64,000 nucleotides of DNA, taken from Melioribacteraceae bacterium (GTDB lineage: Bacteria > Bacteroidota > Ignavibacteria > Ignavibacteriales > Melioribacteraceae). Positions 20,006 through 29,367 of this stretch are shown in pieces; position 1 is the stretch's first letter, and each line of letters opens with the position of its first letter. Position numbers and translations under genes: made by a program. The notes beneath the pieces were generated by a model. The model saw only the letters and a program-made list of their open reading frames with translations, made no database searches and was not told the DNA's origin. The DNA lies in NCBI GenBank assembly GCA_963663615.1, contig OY760517.1, positions 1,193,042 to 1,257,041 on the forward strand, given 5' to 3'.

Positions 20006-21469
20006 ATGGATAGTAAACCAACCAAGGTTATAAAGGATGTGTTTATCTGCTCAGCCGGAAATAATCTGCAATTAGTGGATATTTACGTGAATTCAAAAAT
20101 TGTTGAGATAAAGGCAAAATTTAGGGAAAAAATAAACTTTGGGGAAATTAGGGATAAAAGTTCCTTAAACTCCTTAAAAGAAGTTGTGGAAAGAAAAAAA
20201 TATTCGGGAGATCTACAGGTCATTGATGGTCGATTTCGTTATGCAATGCCCGGTGCTGTAGATAGCAATGTTTACTTTTATAACAAAGTTGATGATGGTA
20301 GCGATAACTTTTTATCGGGTAGCCTTGCAGCCGCTGCCGGTGGTGTAACAACTGTTGTGGATATGCCGGGGTATTCGGTGCCACATGTATCTTCATTGGA
20401 TAGTTTTAGACTTAAGTTAACCGAGCTTAAAGGTAATTCATATATTGATTATTCTTGTTGGGCTGCTTTGGAAAACTGGAATCTGGAAAGTAGTGAAACA
20501 AAGAAGCAAATCAGGGCAATTGCCAATGATGGTGCTGCCGGTTTTGTTGTTTTTCCTTATGCTGTAAAAAATATGATAGATAAGGTTGAGCTTAACAACC
20601 TGCATTATCTTGCAGATTGTATCCGCCCAACAGGGTTGCCTCTGGCTATTCAGCCTGAAAAAGGTGAATCGGTTGAGTTTAACAGGTACAGAGCTGAGAG
20701 ACTAAGAAAAAATGATTTCATTTCATTTACAAAAGTTTTTAGTCATCAGACAGAGCTTGAAGGTGTTACTGAAATTATTAAAATAGCTGCCGAGGTAAAG
20801 GGTCGCTATCTTTTGCTTAATCTTTGCACTGCAAACGCTTATGAACTTGTAAGAAAACTAAGATGGCGTGAAGTTGATATTACTATTGAAACTACTCCAC
20901 ACCATTTAGCTTTCAACTCGGATGTATATAATGATAGTGAAATCGCAAAAAAACTTAAAACTTTTTCACCTGTTAAGTGGGAGTCTGACAGGGAGGCTCT
21001 CTGGAAAGGTGTAAAGAATGGGGATATTACGTTTGTAAACTCATCCCACTATGGCAATAGTGCAATATATAATGCGAATGACAATTGTTTCTGGGATTGT
21101 TTTTATGGCTACCCGGGTGTTGAAACCAGACTGCCATTCCTGCTAACTGAAGGCTTTTATAATCGTAGCTTAAGCTTGGAGGATATAAATAATATTGTTG
21201 CTCTTAATCCTGCAAAATATTTCAAATTAAAAGACAAAGGGCAGCTAAAAAAGGGAAAAGATGCTGATATAGTTTTTGTTGATTTGTGGAATGAACAGAC
21301 TATAAGTGGAGATAATTTGATAAGTAAGGTAAAATATACACCTTTTGAGGGATACAAATCAAAAGCTGTTATTGATACTACACTGCTAAGGGGAGATATA
21401 ATATCAGCCAGAGATAAAATTGATTTTGATATTAAACCTGAAGGAAAATTTATTGGCGGAAATAAATAA
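20006..21469 (+). CDS. Cyclic amidohydrolase (dihydroorotase/allantoinase)-like protein with degenerate metal site
   Basis: The family scaffold is conserved (PGAVD..., AAAGGVTTVVDMPG, ETTPHHL), but the metal-ligand positions are substituted (see findings). Confidence 0.7.
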   Translation: MDSKPTKVIKDVFICSAGNNLQLVDIYVNSKIVEIKAKFREKINFGEIRDKSSLNSLKEVVERKKYSGDLQVIDGRFRYAMPGAVDSNVYFYNKVDDGSDNFLSGSLAAAAGGVTTVVDMPGYSVPHVSSLDSFRLKLTELKGNSYIDYSCWAALENWNLESSETKKQIRAIANDGAAGFVVFPYAVKNMIDKVELNNLHYLADCIRPTGLPLAIQPEKGESVEFNRYRAERLRKNDFISFTKVFSHQTELEGVTEIIKIAAEVKGRYLLLNLCTANAYELVRKLRWREVDITIETTPHHLAFNSDVYNDSEIAKKLKTFSPVKWESDREALWKGVKNGDITFVNSSHYGNSAIYNANDNCFWDCFYGYPGVETRLPFLLTEGFYNRSLSLEDINNIVALNPAKYFKLKDKGQLKKGKDADIVFVDLWNEQTISGDNLISKVKYTPFEGYKSKAVIDTTLLRGDIISARDKIDFDIKPEGKFIGGNK

Positions 21470-21497
21470 CCTGCGAGTTTAGAAGCTACCTCGCAGG
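21470..21497. terminator. Bidirectional terminator between convergent genes
   Basis: CCTGCGAG (21470-21477) pairs with CTCGCAGG (21490-21497), with a 12-nt loop. Confidence 0.6.
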
Positions 21498-21515
21498 CTA
21501 AAATTATATTTATTT

Positions 21516-23141
21516 TTAACCCATGTAAGGGTATTTCCAGTCTTTTGCCGGATCAAAGGTTTCTTTCATACTCCTAGCCGACATCCAGCGTAATAAATTC
21601 ATTTTACTACCGGCTTTGTCGTTTGTACCTGAAGCACGACCGCCACCAAATGGTTGCTGATTTACTATTGCTGCAGTAGGTTTATCGTTAATATAGAAGT
21701 TTCCTGCTGCGTTTTTAAGTCTGTCAGCCATCATTTTAAGTGCATATCTGTCTTGCGACCAAATAGCACCGGTTAGTGCGTATGGAGAAGTAGTATCACA
21801 TAATTCCAGAGTTTCTTCAAACTTGTCGTCTTCATAAACGTAAATAGTAAGAACTGGACCAAATATTTCTTCTTCCATTGTTTTGAATTTAGGATTTGTT
21901 GTTACAATAGTAGTTGGCTGAACAAAATAACCAACGCTATCATCATAAGTACCACCAGTAATAAACTCGGCTTCTTTGCTTTCGGCAGCATAGTCTATAT
22001 AACCGGTAATATCCTTGAATGCGTTTTTATCAATTACAGCACACATAAAGTTAGTGAAATCTTCAGGGTCACCCACTTTCATTTCGCTAACCTGTGCAAC
22101 ATATTTTTCCTTAAATTCAGGATATAATGATTTAGGAATATACATTCTTGAAGCAGCCGAACATTTCTGTCCCTGGTACTCAAATGCACCACGAATAGCT
22201 GCAACAACAAGAGCATCAACATCAGCCTTGTTATGTACAAATATAAAATCCTTACCACCGGTTTCACCAACAATACGCGGGTAATATTTATAGTTTTTGA
22301 TATTATCGCCAACAGTTTTCCACATGTGCTGAAATGTAGAAGTAGAACCGGTAAAGTGAATGCCGGAAAGATTTGGATTTGCCAGTACAGGATTACCAAC
22401 AGTTCCTCCTGAGCCAGGTATAAAGTTGATAACACCCGGAGGCATACCAGCTTCTTCAAGCATCTTCATTACAAAGTAAGAAGAATAAACAGCACTGGAT
22501 GCAGGTTTCCATAAACAAACATTACCAACAAGAGCCGGAGCAGTTGGCAAGTTACCAGCAATAGCAGTAAAGTTAAATGGTGTAACTGCAAAAATAAATC
22601 CTTCAAGAGCACGATATTCAACCCTGTTCCACATTTCGGTAGGTGAATACGGCTGTTCTCCCATTAATTCGGCAAGGTATAAGGGATTAAAACGGTAAAA
22701 ATCAATAAGTTCACAAGCTGCTTCAATTTCTGCCTGATGTGCAGTTTTTGACTGTCCAAGCATTGTTGCAGCATTCATAGTCATTCTCCAGGGACCAGCA
22801 AGAAGCTCACCAGCTTTTCTTATAACTGATGCTCTGTGTTCCCATGGAAGTTCAGCCCATTCTTCTCTTGCTTTAAGAGCAGCCTCAACTGCCATGTTAA
22901 CTTCTTTTTCACCTGCTTTATGGTAAACACCAAGTAATTTGGAATGATTATGTGGTGGTCTTATTTCACCAAGATTACCAGTCTTAACCTCTTTACCGCC
23001 AATAATTAGTGGAATTTCAATTTCATTTGTTTGCATTTCATTGAGTTTTGCTATTAGCTCATCTCGCTCAACACTGCCAGGGGCGTACATTTTGGCAGGT
23101 TCGTTTTTGGTTTCGGGAACCCTGAAAAATGCATTCGACAT
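21516..23141 (-). CDS. pruA: L-glutamate gamma-semialdehyde (1-pyrroline-5-carboxylate) dehydrogenase
   Basis: ALDH superfamily with ETGGKDF and GQKCSA catalytic motifs, ~540 aa P5CDH type. ATG at 23141 is preceded by GGAGG; the ORF-track start 23162 is less likely. Confidence 0.85.
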   Translation of the reverse strand: MSNAFFRVPETKNEPAKMYAPGSVERDELIAKLNEMQTNEIEIPLIIGGKEVKTGNLGEIRPPHNHSKLLGVYHKAGEKEVNMAVEAALKAREEWAELPWEHRASVIRKAGELLAGPWRMTMNAATMLGQSKTAHQAEIEAACELIDFYRFNPLYLAELMGEQPYSPTEMWNRVEYRALEGFIFAVTPFNFTAIAGNLPTAPALVGNVCLWKPASSAVYSSYFVMKMLEEAGMPPGVINFIPGSGGTVGNPVLANPNLSGIHFTGSTSTFQHMWKTVGDNIKNYKYYPRIVGETGGKDFIFVHNKADVDALVVAAIRGAFEYQGQKCSAASRMYIPKSLYPEFKEKYVAQVSEMKVGDPEDFTNFMCAVIDKNAFKDITGYIDYAAESKEAEFITGGTYDDSVGYFVQPTTIVTTNPKFKTMEEEIFGPVLTIYVYEDDKFEETLELCDTTSPYALTGAIWSQDRYALKMMADRLKNAAGNFYINDKPTAAIVNQQPFGGGRASGTNDKAGSKMNLLRWMSARSMKETFDPAKDWKYPYMG

Positions 23142-23260
23142 AAAAACCTCCATTATTCGCATATAAAGATATTGTTAAAAGAACATGTTTTAAAATAGTA
23201 CACATGATATAGGCATACAAACGTTTTTAAAGTTTTTTTCCTTAATTTTTCAATTTGTAG

Positions 23261-23289
23261 TTGACAAAATTATAATCCCGTTTTATATT
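23261..23289 (+). promoter_or_regulatory. Candidate sigma-70-type promoter
   Basis: TTGACA (23261-23266), 17 nt spacer, TATATT (23284-23289), ~30 nt upstream of ATG 23319. Confidence 0.3.
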
Positions 23290-23313
23290 CACTTTATAAA
23301 ACAAAGCACTTTG
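23290..23313 (+). promoter_or_regulatory. Candidate operator (motif ACTTTnnAAAAnAAAGnACTTT), copy 1
   Basis: CACTTTATAAAACAAAGCACTTTG matches 24233-24256 at 18 of 24 positions. Confidence 0.35.
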
Positions 23314-23318
23314 GAAAT

Positions 23319-23924
23319 ATGGATCAAAATAAAGCAATAGAAGAACTGGAATTTATCAAAAAGGTTATGCAGGACAGTAAAAGAACTGTTGTGGATAACG
23401 GAATGGGATATATAATTTGGGGAATACTTATTGTAATTGGATTGTTATCAACCTTTATATCGGTAGTTAACCAAACTTACGGTTTTTACTGGAATTGGGT
23501 TGTGGTAGTTGGTATTGGCTGGATTTATTCCTTGTACGATATAATTACAAACCGTATTCACAAAAGAAAAAGGAACAAAACTTTTACAAGTAAAATATTG
23601 GGATCAATTTGGTTTGCAACTGGTATTGGAATGACTATACTTGGTTTTCTAATGCCAATTACAGGTGCTCTGCACGGACAGTATATTTCTCCTATGCTAA
23701 GTGTCCTGCTTGGAATTGCCTTTTTTATTTCCAGCGTTGTTTATGATTACTGGTGGTTAATGATGATTTCTGTAGGTTGGTGGATTACAGCAATTATTAT
23801 GTTTTTTGTTCCCGGTATTTATACTATGCTTATTATGGCTGGCGAAATGCTGTTTTTCCAGGTAGTACCCGGCATTATTCTCTACACAAAATTTAAAAAA
23901 GAACAACAAACTGAAAATGCCTGA
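23319..23924 (+). CDS. Polytopic membrane protein of unknown function
   Basis: Five to six hydrophobic helices. Its end overlaps the start of the wHTH regulator gene by 8 nt. Confidence 0.55.
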   Translation: MDQNKAIEELEFIKKVMQDSKRTVVDNGMGYIIWGILIVIGLLSTFISVVNQTYGFYWNWVVVVGIGWIYSLYDIITNRIHKRKRNKTFTSKILGSIWFATGIGMTILGFLMPITGALHGQYISPMLSVLLGIAFFISSVVYDYWWLMMISVGWWITAIIMFFVPGIYTMLIMAGEMLFFQVVPGIILYTKFKKEQQTENA

Positions 23925-24216
23925 TTTTGATTACCAACAACTTGATGATATAATTCACAGCAGAATACGACTTGCTATTATGGCTGTATTAATTAGTAAT
24001 GAAAAAGCTGATTTCAAATTTGTAAAAAAGCAGATAAATGCTACGGATGGTAACCTTAGTGTGCATGTTAAAAAACTTGAATCGGCAGGATATATTACTG
24101 TAATGAAAGAATTTGTTGACAGAAAACCGCTAACTTCGTACTCGTTAACTGAAAAAGGTAAAAAGGCTTTTCAAATATATATTGAACATCTTGAAAACCT
24201 TATTAAGAAAAAATAA
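23917..24216 (+). CDS. Winged-helix transcriptional regulator (HTH_34/ArsR-like)
   Basis: HSRIRLAIMAVL...ATDGNLSVHVKKLESAGYI...LTEKGKKAF is the pattern of small winged-helix regulators. Confidence 0.7.
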   Translation: MPDFDYQQLDDIIHSRIRLAIMAVLISNEKADFKFVKKQINATDGNLSVHVKKLESAGYITVMKEFVDRKPLTSYSLTEKGKKAFQIYIEHLENLIKKK

Positions 24217-24232
24217 AAATTTTTTGTCTATT

Positions 24233-24256
24233 TACTTTGCAAAATAAAGTACTTTA
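24233..24256 (+). promoter_or_regulatory. Candidate operator (same motif), copy 2
   Basis: TACTTTGCAAAATAAAGTACTTTA. It contains the inverted repeat TACTTT-N7-AAAGTA and lies 15 nt upstream of ATG 24272. Confidence 0.35.
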
Positions 24257-24271
24257 AAAACAGGAGTGGTT

Positions 24272-25060
24272 ATGAATTATCTAAAAAACATTTTTCTATT
24301 TATAGTTTTAACAACTTGTTTAATGGCACAGACAGTTGGTATTGAAGCCAAAATTGCCGAGTTGGCAAAAAAAAGTAATGACGCATATTTTTCATTTAGC
24401 AAAGAAAGTTTTGCCGAGGTATGGTCTCTTTCCGAAAGGATACTATCGGTTGCACCTGATAATGAAGATGCAAAATATTTTGCTGCCTTAACTGGATACA
24501 GATTGTTGAATATTGGGCTGAACAGCAAAGATAAAGCGTTTCTAACAAGTTATTATGATAAATCGAGAGAGTATTGCGACGCTTTAATGGAGAGTGAAAA
24601 ATATGGAGCAGAAGCCAGGGTAGTTAAAGCAGGGGTTTACATGATGAAAATTGCTACTGCAATGATGGAAGCACCAGTTCTTACAGTTCGCATACATAAT
24701 AACCTTGATGAAGCGGATCAGATGGATAAGGGGAATTCAAGAAGTTTACTGGTTCGAGGAATTATGGCATTAAATACTCCTGAAATGTTTGGCGGTAGTG
24801 CAGAGCAAGCTGAAAAATTGTTTGAGGCTGCTCTTGAAAATTCTAAAAAAGAGGATAAAAGCAAACTTGTTAGCTGGGGACTTGAAGAATCGTATGCCTG
24901 GTTGGGAAGGGCATATACGGAACTCGGTAAATATGATTCTGCTAAAAAAACTTATAAAGAAGTATTGGAGATAAAACCGGACTTTAACTGGGTTTCTTAC
25001 AAGCTATTACCTTCGCTTGAAAAAAGAATTAAAAAAGTGGCTGAAGAGAAAGGATTATAA
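24272..25060 (+). CDS. Exported TPR-like helical repeat protein
   Basis: Signal peptide; C-terminal WLGRAYTELGKYDSAKKTYKEVLEIKPD is a TPR unit. ATG 24272 follows AGGAG. Confidence 0.5.
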   Translation: MNYLKNIFLFIVLTTCLMAQTVGIEAKIAELAKKSNDAYFSFSKESFAEVWSLSERILSVAPDNEDAKYFAALTGYRLLNIGLNSKDKAFLTSYYDKSREYCDALMESEKYGAEARVVKAGVYMMKIATAMMEAPVLTVRIHNNLDEADQMDKGNSRSLLVRGIMALNTPEMFGGSAEQAEKLFEAALENSKKEDKSKLVSWGLEESYAWLGRAYTELGKYDSAKKTYKEVLEIKPDFNWVSYKLLPSLEKRIKKVAEEKGL

Positions 25061-25062
25061 AA

Positions 25063-27270
25063 ATGATCAGCAAAATTGCTAAGATAGTTCTGTTTATAAT
25101 TGCAAGCTGCGGTACTCTTTTTCCGCAGCAGGTTTTAACAGTATTTGGTACTGTAAGTGATGAAAACAACAAGCCCTTGCCTTATGTGAATGTTTACAGA
25201 CTTAGCAGTTTTGATGGTGTCATGACTAACGAAAAAGGCGAATTTTTGTTCACCACTAAAAAAGGTGAAGGAATAAATATTGTTGCTTCAATTATAGGGT
25301 ACAGTAAGTACAATGAACCACTTCCAATAGGGATTAAGGATAAATACGAATTAAATATTGTGCTTTATACCAAAACTGTTAAGCTAACTGAAACTGTTGT
25401 GTTAGGCTCTGCATTCAGCTCGGAAAAGGGTAAGGGGGTGGTTGTACAGGAAAGGGATGTGCTCATGACTCCCGGTGGTGCAGCTGATATTTTGCAGGCA
25501 ATAAAAACTATGCCCGGTCTTACTAATGTTTCGGAAAGTGCACAGCTCTACGTAAGGGGAGGAGACCCGGTAGAAACTATTACAGTTATTGATAATGCAA
25601 CCGTTTATCATCCTTATACACTTGAATCATCTTATGGTGGATTGTTTTCCAATCTTAATACCGGTGCAATGAAGTCACTTTTCTTTTCCAGCGGTGGATT
25701 TTCGGCAAAGTACGGTAATGCACTTTCGGGTGTGCTGGATATTAAAACCAAGGATGAACCATCTGCAAACTCTCATACAATTGGTATTTCAATGGCGAGT
25801 TTGTCATTCGAAAGTGATATACCGGTAATTGAAGATAAAACCGGATTAAGATTATACGGAAAAATGAGTTTATATGAGCCTCTAATGGCGGTTAATGGTG
25901 CAAGAAGCGAATTTACAAGTCTGCCCGATGCAAAAGATATTAGCGGAGTTTATACACACAAATACTCCGAAACCGGCAGAATAAAACTTTTTGGTATGTA
26001 CGCTGAGGATAATCAGGGTGTTAAGGTTGAGCGTGCCGAATACAATGGTAACTTTAATGGAGCTTCCTATAATAGATTTATTAATCTGAATATTACCGAT
26101 GTATTTTACCGCAAGTTGTTCATTAATACTACCGCAGCATATAATGTGTTTGCCAATAAATGGACTCTGGGTGTTCTTGATCTTGAAAATACTGATGCGG
26201 TTATGAAGTATCGTGTGGATGCGGAATATAATATTTCCAAAGAATACAGGCTGCTTGCCGGTTTCGATATGGAAGAAAGAACTGAAAAGTATTTGGGACA
26301 GGTTCCTGATGAGGATTATAACATTAGACCTGATGCACCTAAAGTTGTTCTTGATGAAAAAGTTGCAAACAGACGTTACAGCACTTACCTTGAACTTGAG
26401 TCTGCAAAGCTGTTTACCGATAGGTTGTTTTTTGTTGCAGGATTAAGATATGATGTTTTTCCTGATCTTGATATATCATGGTTCGATCCAAGATTAAATA
26501 TAGGGTACAAAATAAATGACAAATCGAATATTAAATTTGGTTTTGGCTACTTCAGGCAAATACCAGATTTAAGGTTATTCGCAATTAAAGATGGTAATCC
26601 CGGTCTTAAAGAAATGCAAGCTGAACAATATATTGTTTCTTATGATTACCAGTATTCAAAAAAATCATATTTCCGTATAGAAACTTATTATAAGGATTAC
26701 ATTAACTTGCCTCTTGAAGATGAGGTACAAAACTATTCAAATAATGGATATGGATATGCATACGGTGCCGATATTATATTCAAAGGGGATTTGTCAAATG
26801 ATTTAAGTGGTTGGGTATCTTATGGTTATTTGAAATCGAAACGTATCTGGATGGATAACGAATCGTATGCTCCTAGTGATTATGACATCACTCACGGCTT
26901 AACAATTGTTACACAATATTACCTTACTGATTCATGGAATTTGGGAGTGAATTATAAATATTCAACAGGCAGACCTTATACTCCGGTTCTTGGAGGTAAT
27001 TATATTGAATACCAGGGTGTTTACGAACCGGTTGAAGGCTCAACAAATAGTAGTCGTTTCCCTGGTTATCATCGCCTTGATGTAAGGTTTACATATTTTC
27101 ACAATTTGTTTGGTAAATACTTTACGGTAGTGTATCTAGAGATGATGAACATATTAAACATAAGGAATATACACAGTTACACATATAGCAAGGATTATAA
27201 CGAGAGGTTTGAAAATGGCAGTTATTTTGGAAGGCGTACTTTGGTACTTGGCACAAGTATATCGTTATAG
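25063..27270 (+). CDS. TonB-dependent receptor-like outer membrane protein (CarbopepD_reg + plug + barrel)
   Basis: N-terminal GTVSDENNKPLPYVNVY; plug LYVRGGDP...IDN; long beta-rich C-terminus. Starts 3 nt after the TPR gene. Confidence 0.75.
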   Translation: MISKIAKIVLFIIASCGTLFPQQVLTVFGTVSDENNKPLPYVNVYRLSSFDGVMTNEKGEFLFTTKKGEGINIVASIIGYSKYNEPLPIGIKDKYELNIVLYTKTVKLTETVVLGSAFSSEKGKGVVVQERDVLMTPGGAADILQAIKTMPGLTNVSESAQLYVRGGDPVETITVIDNATVYHPYTLESSYGGLFSNLNTGAMKSLFFSSGGFSAKYGNALSGVLDIKTKDEPSANSHTIGISMASLSFESDIPVIEDKTGLRLYGKMSLYEPLMAVNGARSEFTSLPDAKDISGVYTHKYSETGRIKLFGMYAEDNQGVKVERAEYNGNFNGASYNRFINLNITDVFYRKLFINTTAAYNVFANKWTLGVLDLENTDAVMKYRVDAEYNISKEYRLLAGFDMEERTEKYLGQVPDEDYNIRPDAPKVVLDEKVANRRYSTYLELESAKLFTDRLFFVAGLRYDVFPDLDISWFDPRLNIGYKINDKSNIKFGFGYFRQIPDLRLFAIKDGNPGLKEMQAEQYIVSYDYQYSKKSYFRIETYYKDYINLPLEDEVQNYSNNGYGYAYGADIIFKGDLSNDLSGWVSYGYLKSKRIWMDNESYAPSDYDITHGLTIVTQYYLTDSWNLGVNYKYSTGRPYTPVLGGNYIEYQGVYEPVEGSTNSSRFPGYHRLDVRFTYFHNLFGKYFTVVYLEMMNILNIRNIHSYTYSKDYNERFENGSYFGRRTLVLGTSISL

Positions 27271-27459
27271 GAAGTTTTTCTTCCCGCGTCTTTTTAGTTC
27301 AAGGCAAATTTGCTGAATAAGAAATTTGTCAAACTCATCATTCCAGCTAAGCATATTCATAAGAGAGAAGAGTTCTTTTTCTTCAAGTTTCCTGAGGTTA
27401 ACATCTTTTCTTATTGCTCCCGAACCATTTGTTATCTTGTCTTTTTTTAAGTCATCCAT
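27265..27459 (-). CDS. Hypothetical small protein (64 aa), doubtful
   Basis: An ORF only. A strong hairpin separates it from the upstream aspA, and its end overlaps the convergent TBDR gene. Confidence 0.2.
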   Translation of the reverse strand: MDDLKKDKITNGSGAIRKDVNLRKLEEKELFSLMNMLSWNDEFDKFLIQQICLELKRRGKKNFL

Positions 27460-27467
27460 AAAATTGG

Positions 27468-27495
27468 GTTACCGGCAGAATAAACTGCCGGTAAC
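27468..27495 (-). terminator. Terminator hairpin just after aspA
   Basis: An 11-bp perfect stem: GTTACCGGCAG (27468-27478) pairs with CTGCCGGTAAC (27485-27495). It begins 4 nt past the aspA stop. Confidence 0.6.
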
Positions 27496-27498
27496 AGT

Positions 27499-29367
27499 TT
27501 ATTTAAGCTTTCTTGGTTTAATCATATTTTCCGGCAGGAGAATATTATCAAGTTCTTCCTGTGTAAGGAGTTCTTTTTCGAGTACCAAATCATAAACACC
27601 ACGGTTAGTCTCGAGTGCTTCTTTGGCAAGACTTGTACATATTTCGTAACCAAGCACCGGATTAAGAGCTGTAACCAACCCTATTGAATGCTGAACCAAA
27701 TCACGGCAACGTTGTTCGTTTGCAGTTATATCATCAATGCAGCGGTATTTAAGAGTTACCATACCATTTTTCAACATTTCTATCGATTCAAACAAACTTT
27801 GTACTATAACAGGTTCAAATACGTTAAGTTCAAGCTGTCCACCCTCCGCAGCAAGGTTAACAGTTAAATCGTTACCAATCACCTTAAATGCAATCTGGTT
27901 AACCACTTCAGGAATAACAGGATTAACTTTACCTGGCATAATAGATGAGCCTGGCTGCATAGCCGGTAGATTAATTTCATTAAATCCTGTTCTTGGTCCG
28001 GATGAAAGTAATCTTAGATCGTTACTGATTTTACTTAATTTTACTGCAAGACGTTTAACAGCTGATGAATACATAATAAATGCACCGGTATCCTGGGTTG
28101 CTTCAACAAGGTTAGCCGCTTTTTCAATTTCATAACCGCTAATTTCCCTAAGGTGGTGAACACACTTATCCGAGTATTCGGGGTCAGTATTTATGCCTGT
28201 GCCAATAGCAGTAGCACCCATGTTAACTTCAAGAAACAGTTTTGAGTTTTGTGACAGGCGGTGTATTTCTTCCTCAAGAGTAGCAGCATAGGCTTCAAAT
28301 TCTTGTCCCAGTGTCATAGGTACGGCATCCTGAAGCTGAGTTCTTCCCATTTTAATAACAGATGCAAACTCCTCACTTTTTTTACGGAATGAGGCTATGA
28401 GGTTTTTAAGAACCGGGATCAGCTTTTCGTTTGCTTTGATTAGAGCAATTTTAACAGCAGTTGGGTAAGCATCGTTTGTTGATTGCGAAAGGTTAACATG
28501 ATTGTTTGGATGGCAATATTTATAGTCGCCTTTTTCATGACCAAGTATTTCGAGAGCACGGTTTGCAATTACTTCGTTGGCATTCATGTTTGTTGAAGTT
28601 CCTGCACCACCCTGAATCATATCAACAACAAACTGCGAATGATACCTGCCGTTCATAATTTCCTCACAAGCCTGAACAATTGCATCACAAACAGGTTTTG
28701 AAAGTAAACCCAGCTCATAATTTGCCTTGGCAGCAGCCATTTTTACAACAGCAAAACCGCTAATAATTGCAGGGAAAAAGTTTAGGGGTACACCACTAAT
28801 ATTAAAATTTTCCATTGCACGGAGCGTTTGCACACCGTAATAGGCTTCATAAGGAACTTCACGGTTACCAAGCAAGTCATGTTCTTCACGTGTTCTGCCT
28901 GTTTGGTATTGTGAAGTCATATTTACAAGACGCGTATTAGCCTGTGCAATTCTTCTTGAGATAACACGTGAAATTCTTGCCAGAATTTTACCCGCTATTG
29001 TCGCGTGATCCACAAGCATTTTTTTGAATGAATCACGAGAAAGCAGCAGACAACTGGTATCAAGAGTAGTACGTGCAGAAGTTGAATGAGGATAGTCATC
29101 CATAAGTGCACCTTCACTAAGGAAATCGAACTTGCTAAAGAAGGTTATTCTTTTTTCTTCCCCGTAGGGCGTGCGTTTGTAAAGTTCAATTTCACCTTCA
29201 TGAACAATAACAAGGTCTTTTCTTGGAGTATTTTCGGCATAAACGTATTCGTCTTTTGGTATTTCAACACGTTTAGTATATCCAAGTAATATTTCGAGCT
29301 CATCTTCTTTTAAGTCCTTAAATAGCTCAATGGACTTCAGGAATGAAACTAAATTTTCTTTTGGCAT
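27499..29367 (-). CDS. aspA: Aspartate ammonia-lyase with N-terminal cyclic-nucleotide-binding-like domain
   Basis: From aa ~159 onward it is typical AspA (EEHDLLGNREVPYEAYYGVQTLRAMENF; GSSIMPGKVNPVIPEVVNQ). Aa 1-158 look like a cNMP-binding beta-barrel plus C-helix. Confidence 0.9.
   Translation of the reverse strand: MPKENLVSFLKSIELFKDLKEDELEILLGYTKRVEIPKDEYVYAENTPRKDLVIVHEGEIELYKRTPYGEEKRITFFSKFDFLSEGALMDDYPHSTSARTTLDTSCLLLSRDSFKKMLVDHATIAGKILARISRVISRRIAQANTRLVNMTSQYQTGRTREEHDLLGNREVPYEAYYGVQTLRAMENFNISGVPLNFFPAIISGFAVVKMAAAKANYELGLLSKPVCDAIVQACEEIMNGRYHSQFVVDMIQGGAGTSTNMNANEVIANRALEILGHEKGDYKYCHPNNHVNLSQSTNDAYPTAVKIALIKANEKLIPVLKNLIASFRKKSEEFASVIKMGRTQLQDAVPMTLGQEFEAYAATLEEEIHRLSQNSKLFLEVNMGATAIGTGINTDPEYSDKCVHHLREISGYEIEKAANLVEATQDTGAFIMYSSAVKRLAVKLSKISNDLRLLSSGPRTGFNEINLPAMQPGSSIMPGKVNPVIPEVVNQIAFKVIGNDLTVNLAAEGGQLELNVFEPVIVQSLFESIEMLKNGMVTLKYRCIDDITANEQRCRDLVQHSIGLVTALNPVLGYEICTSLAKEALETNRGVYDLVLEKELLTQEELDNILLPENMIKPRKLK

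Noticed and set aside
23261-23276. TTGACA followed by TATAAT as a perfect promoter
   Set aside because: The two hexamers are only 4 nt apart, so they cannot work as a -35/-10 pair. TTGACA with the TATATT 17 nt downstream is reported instead, at low confidence.
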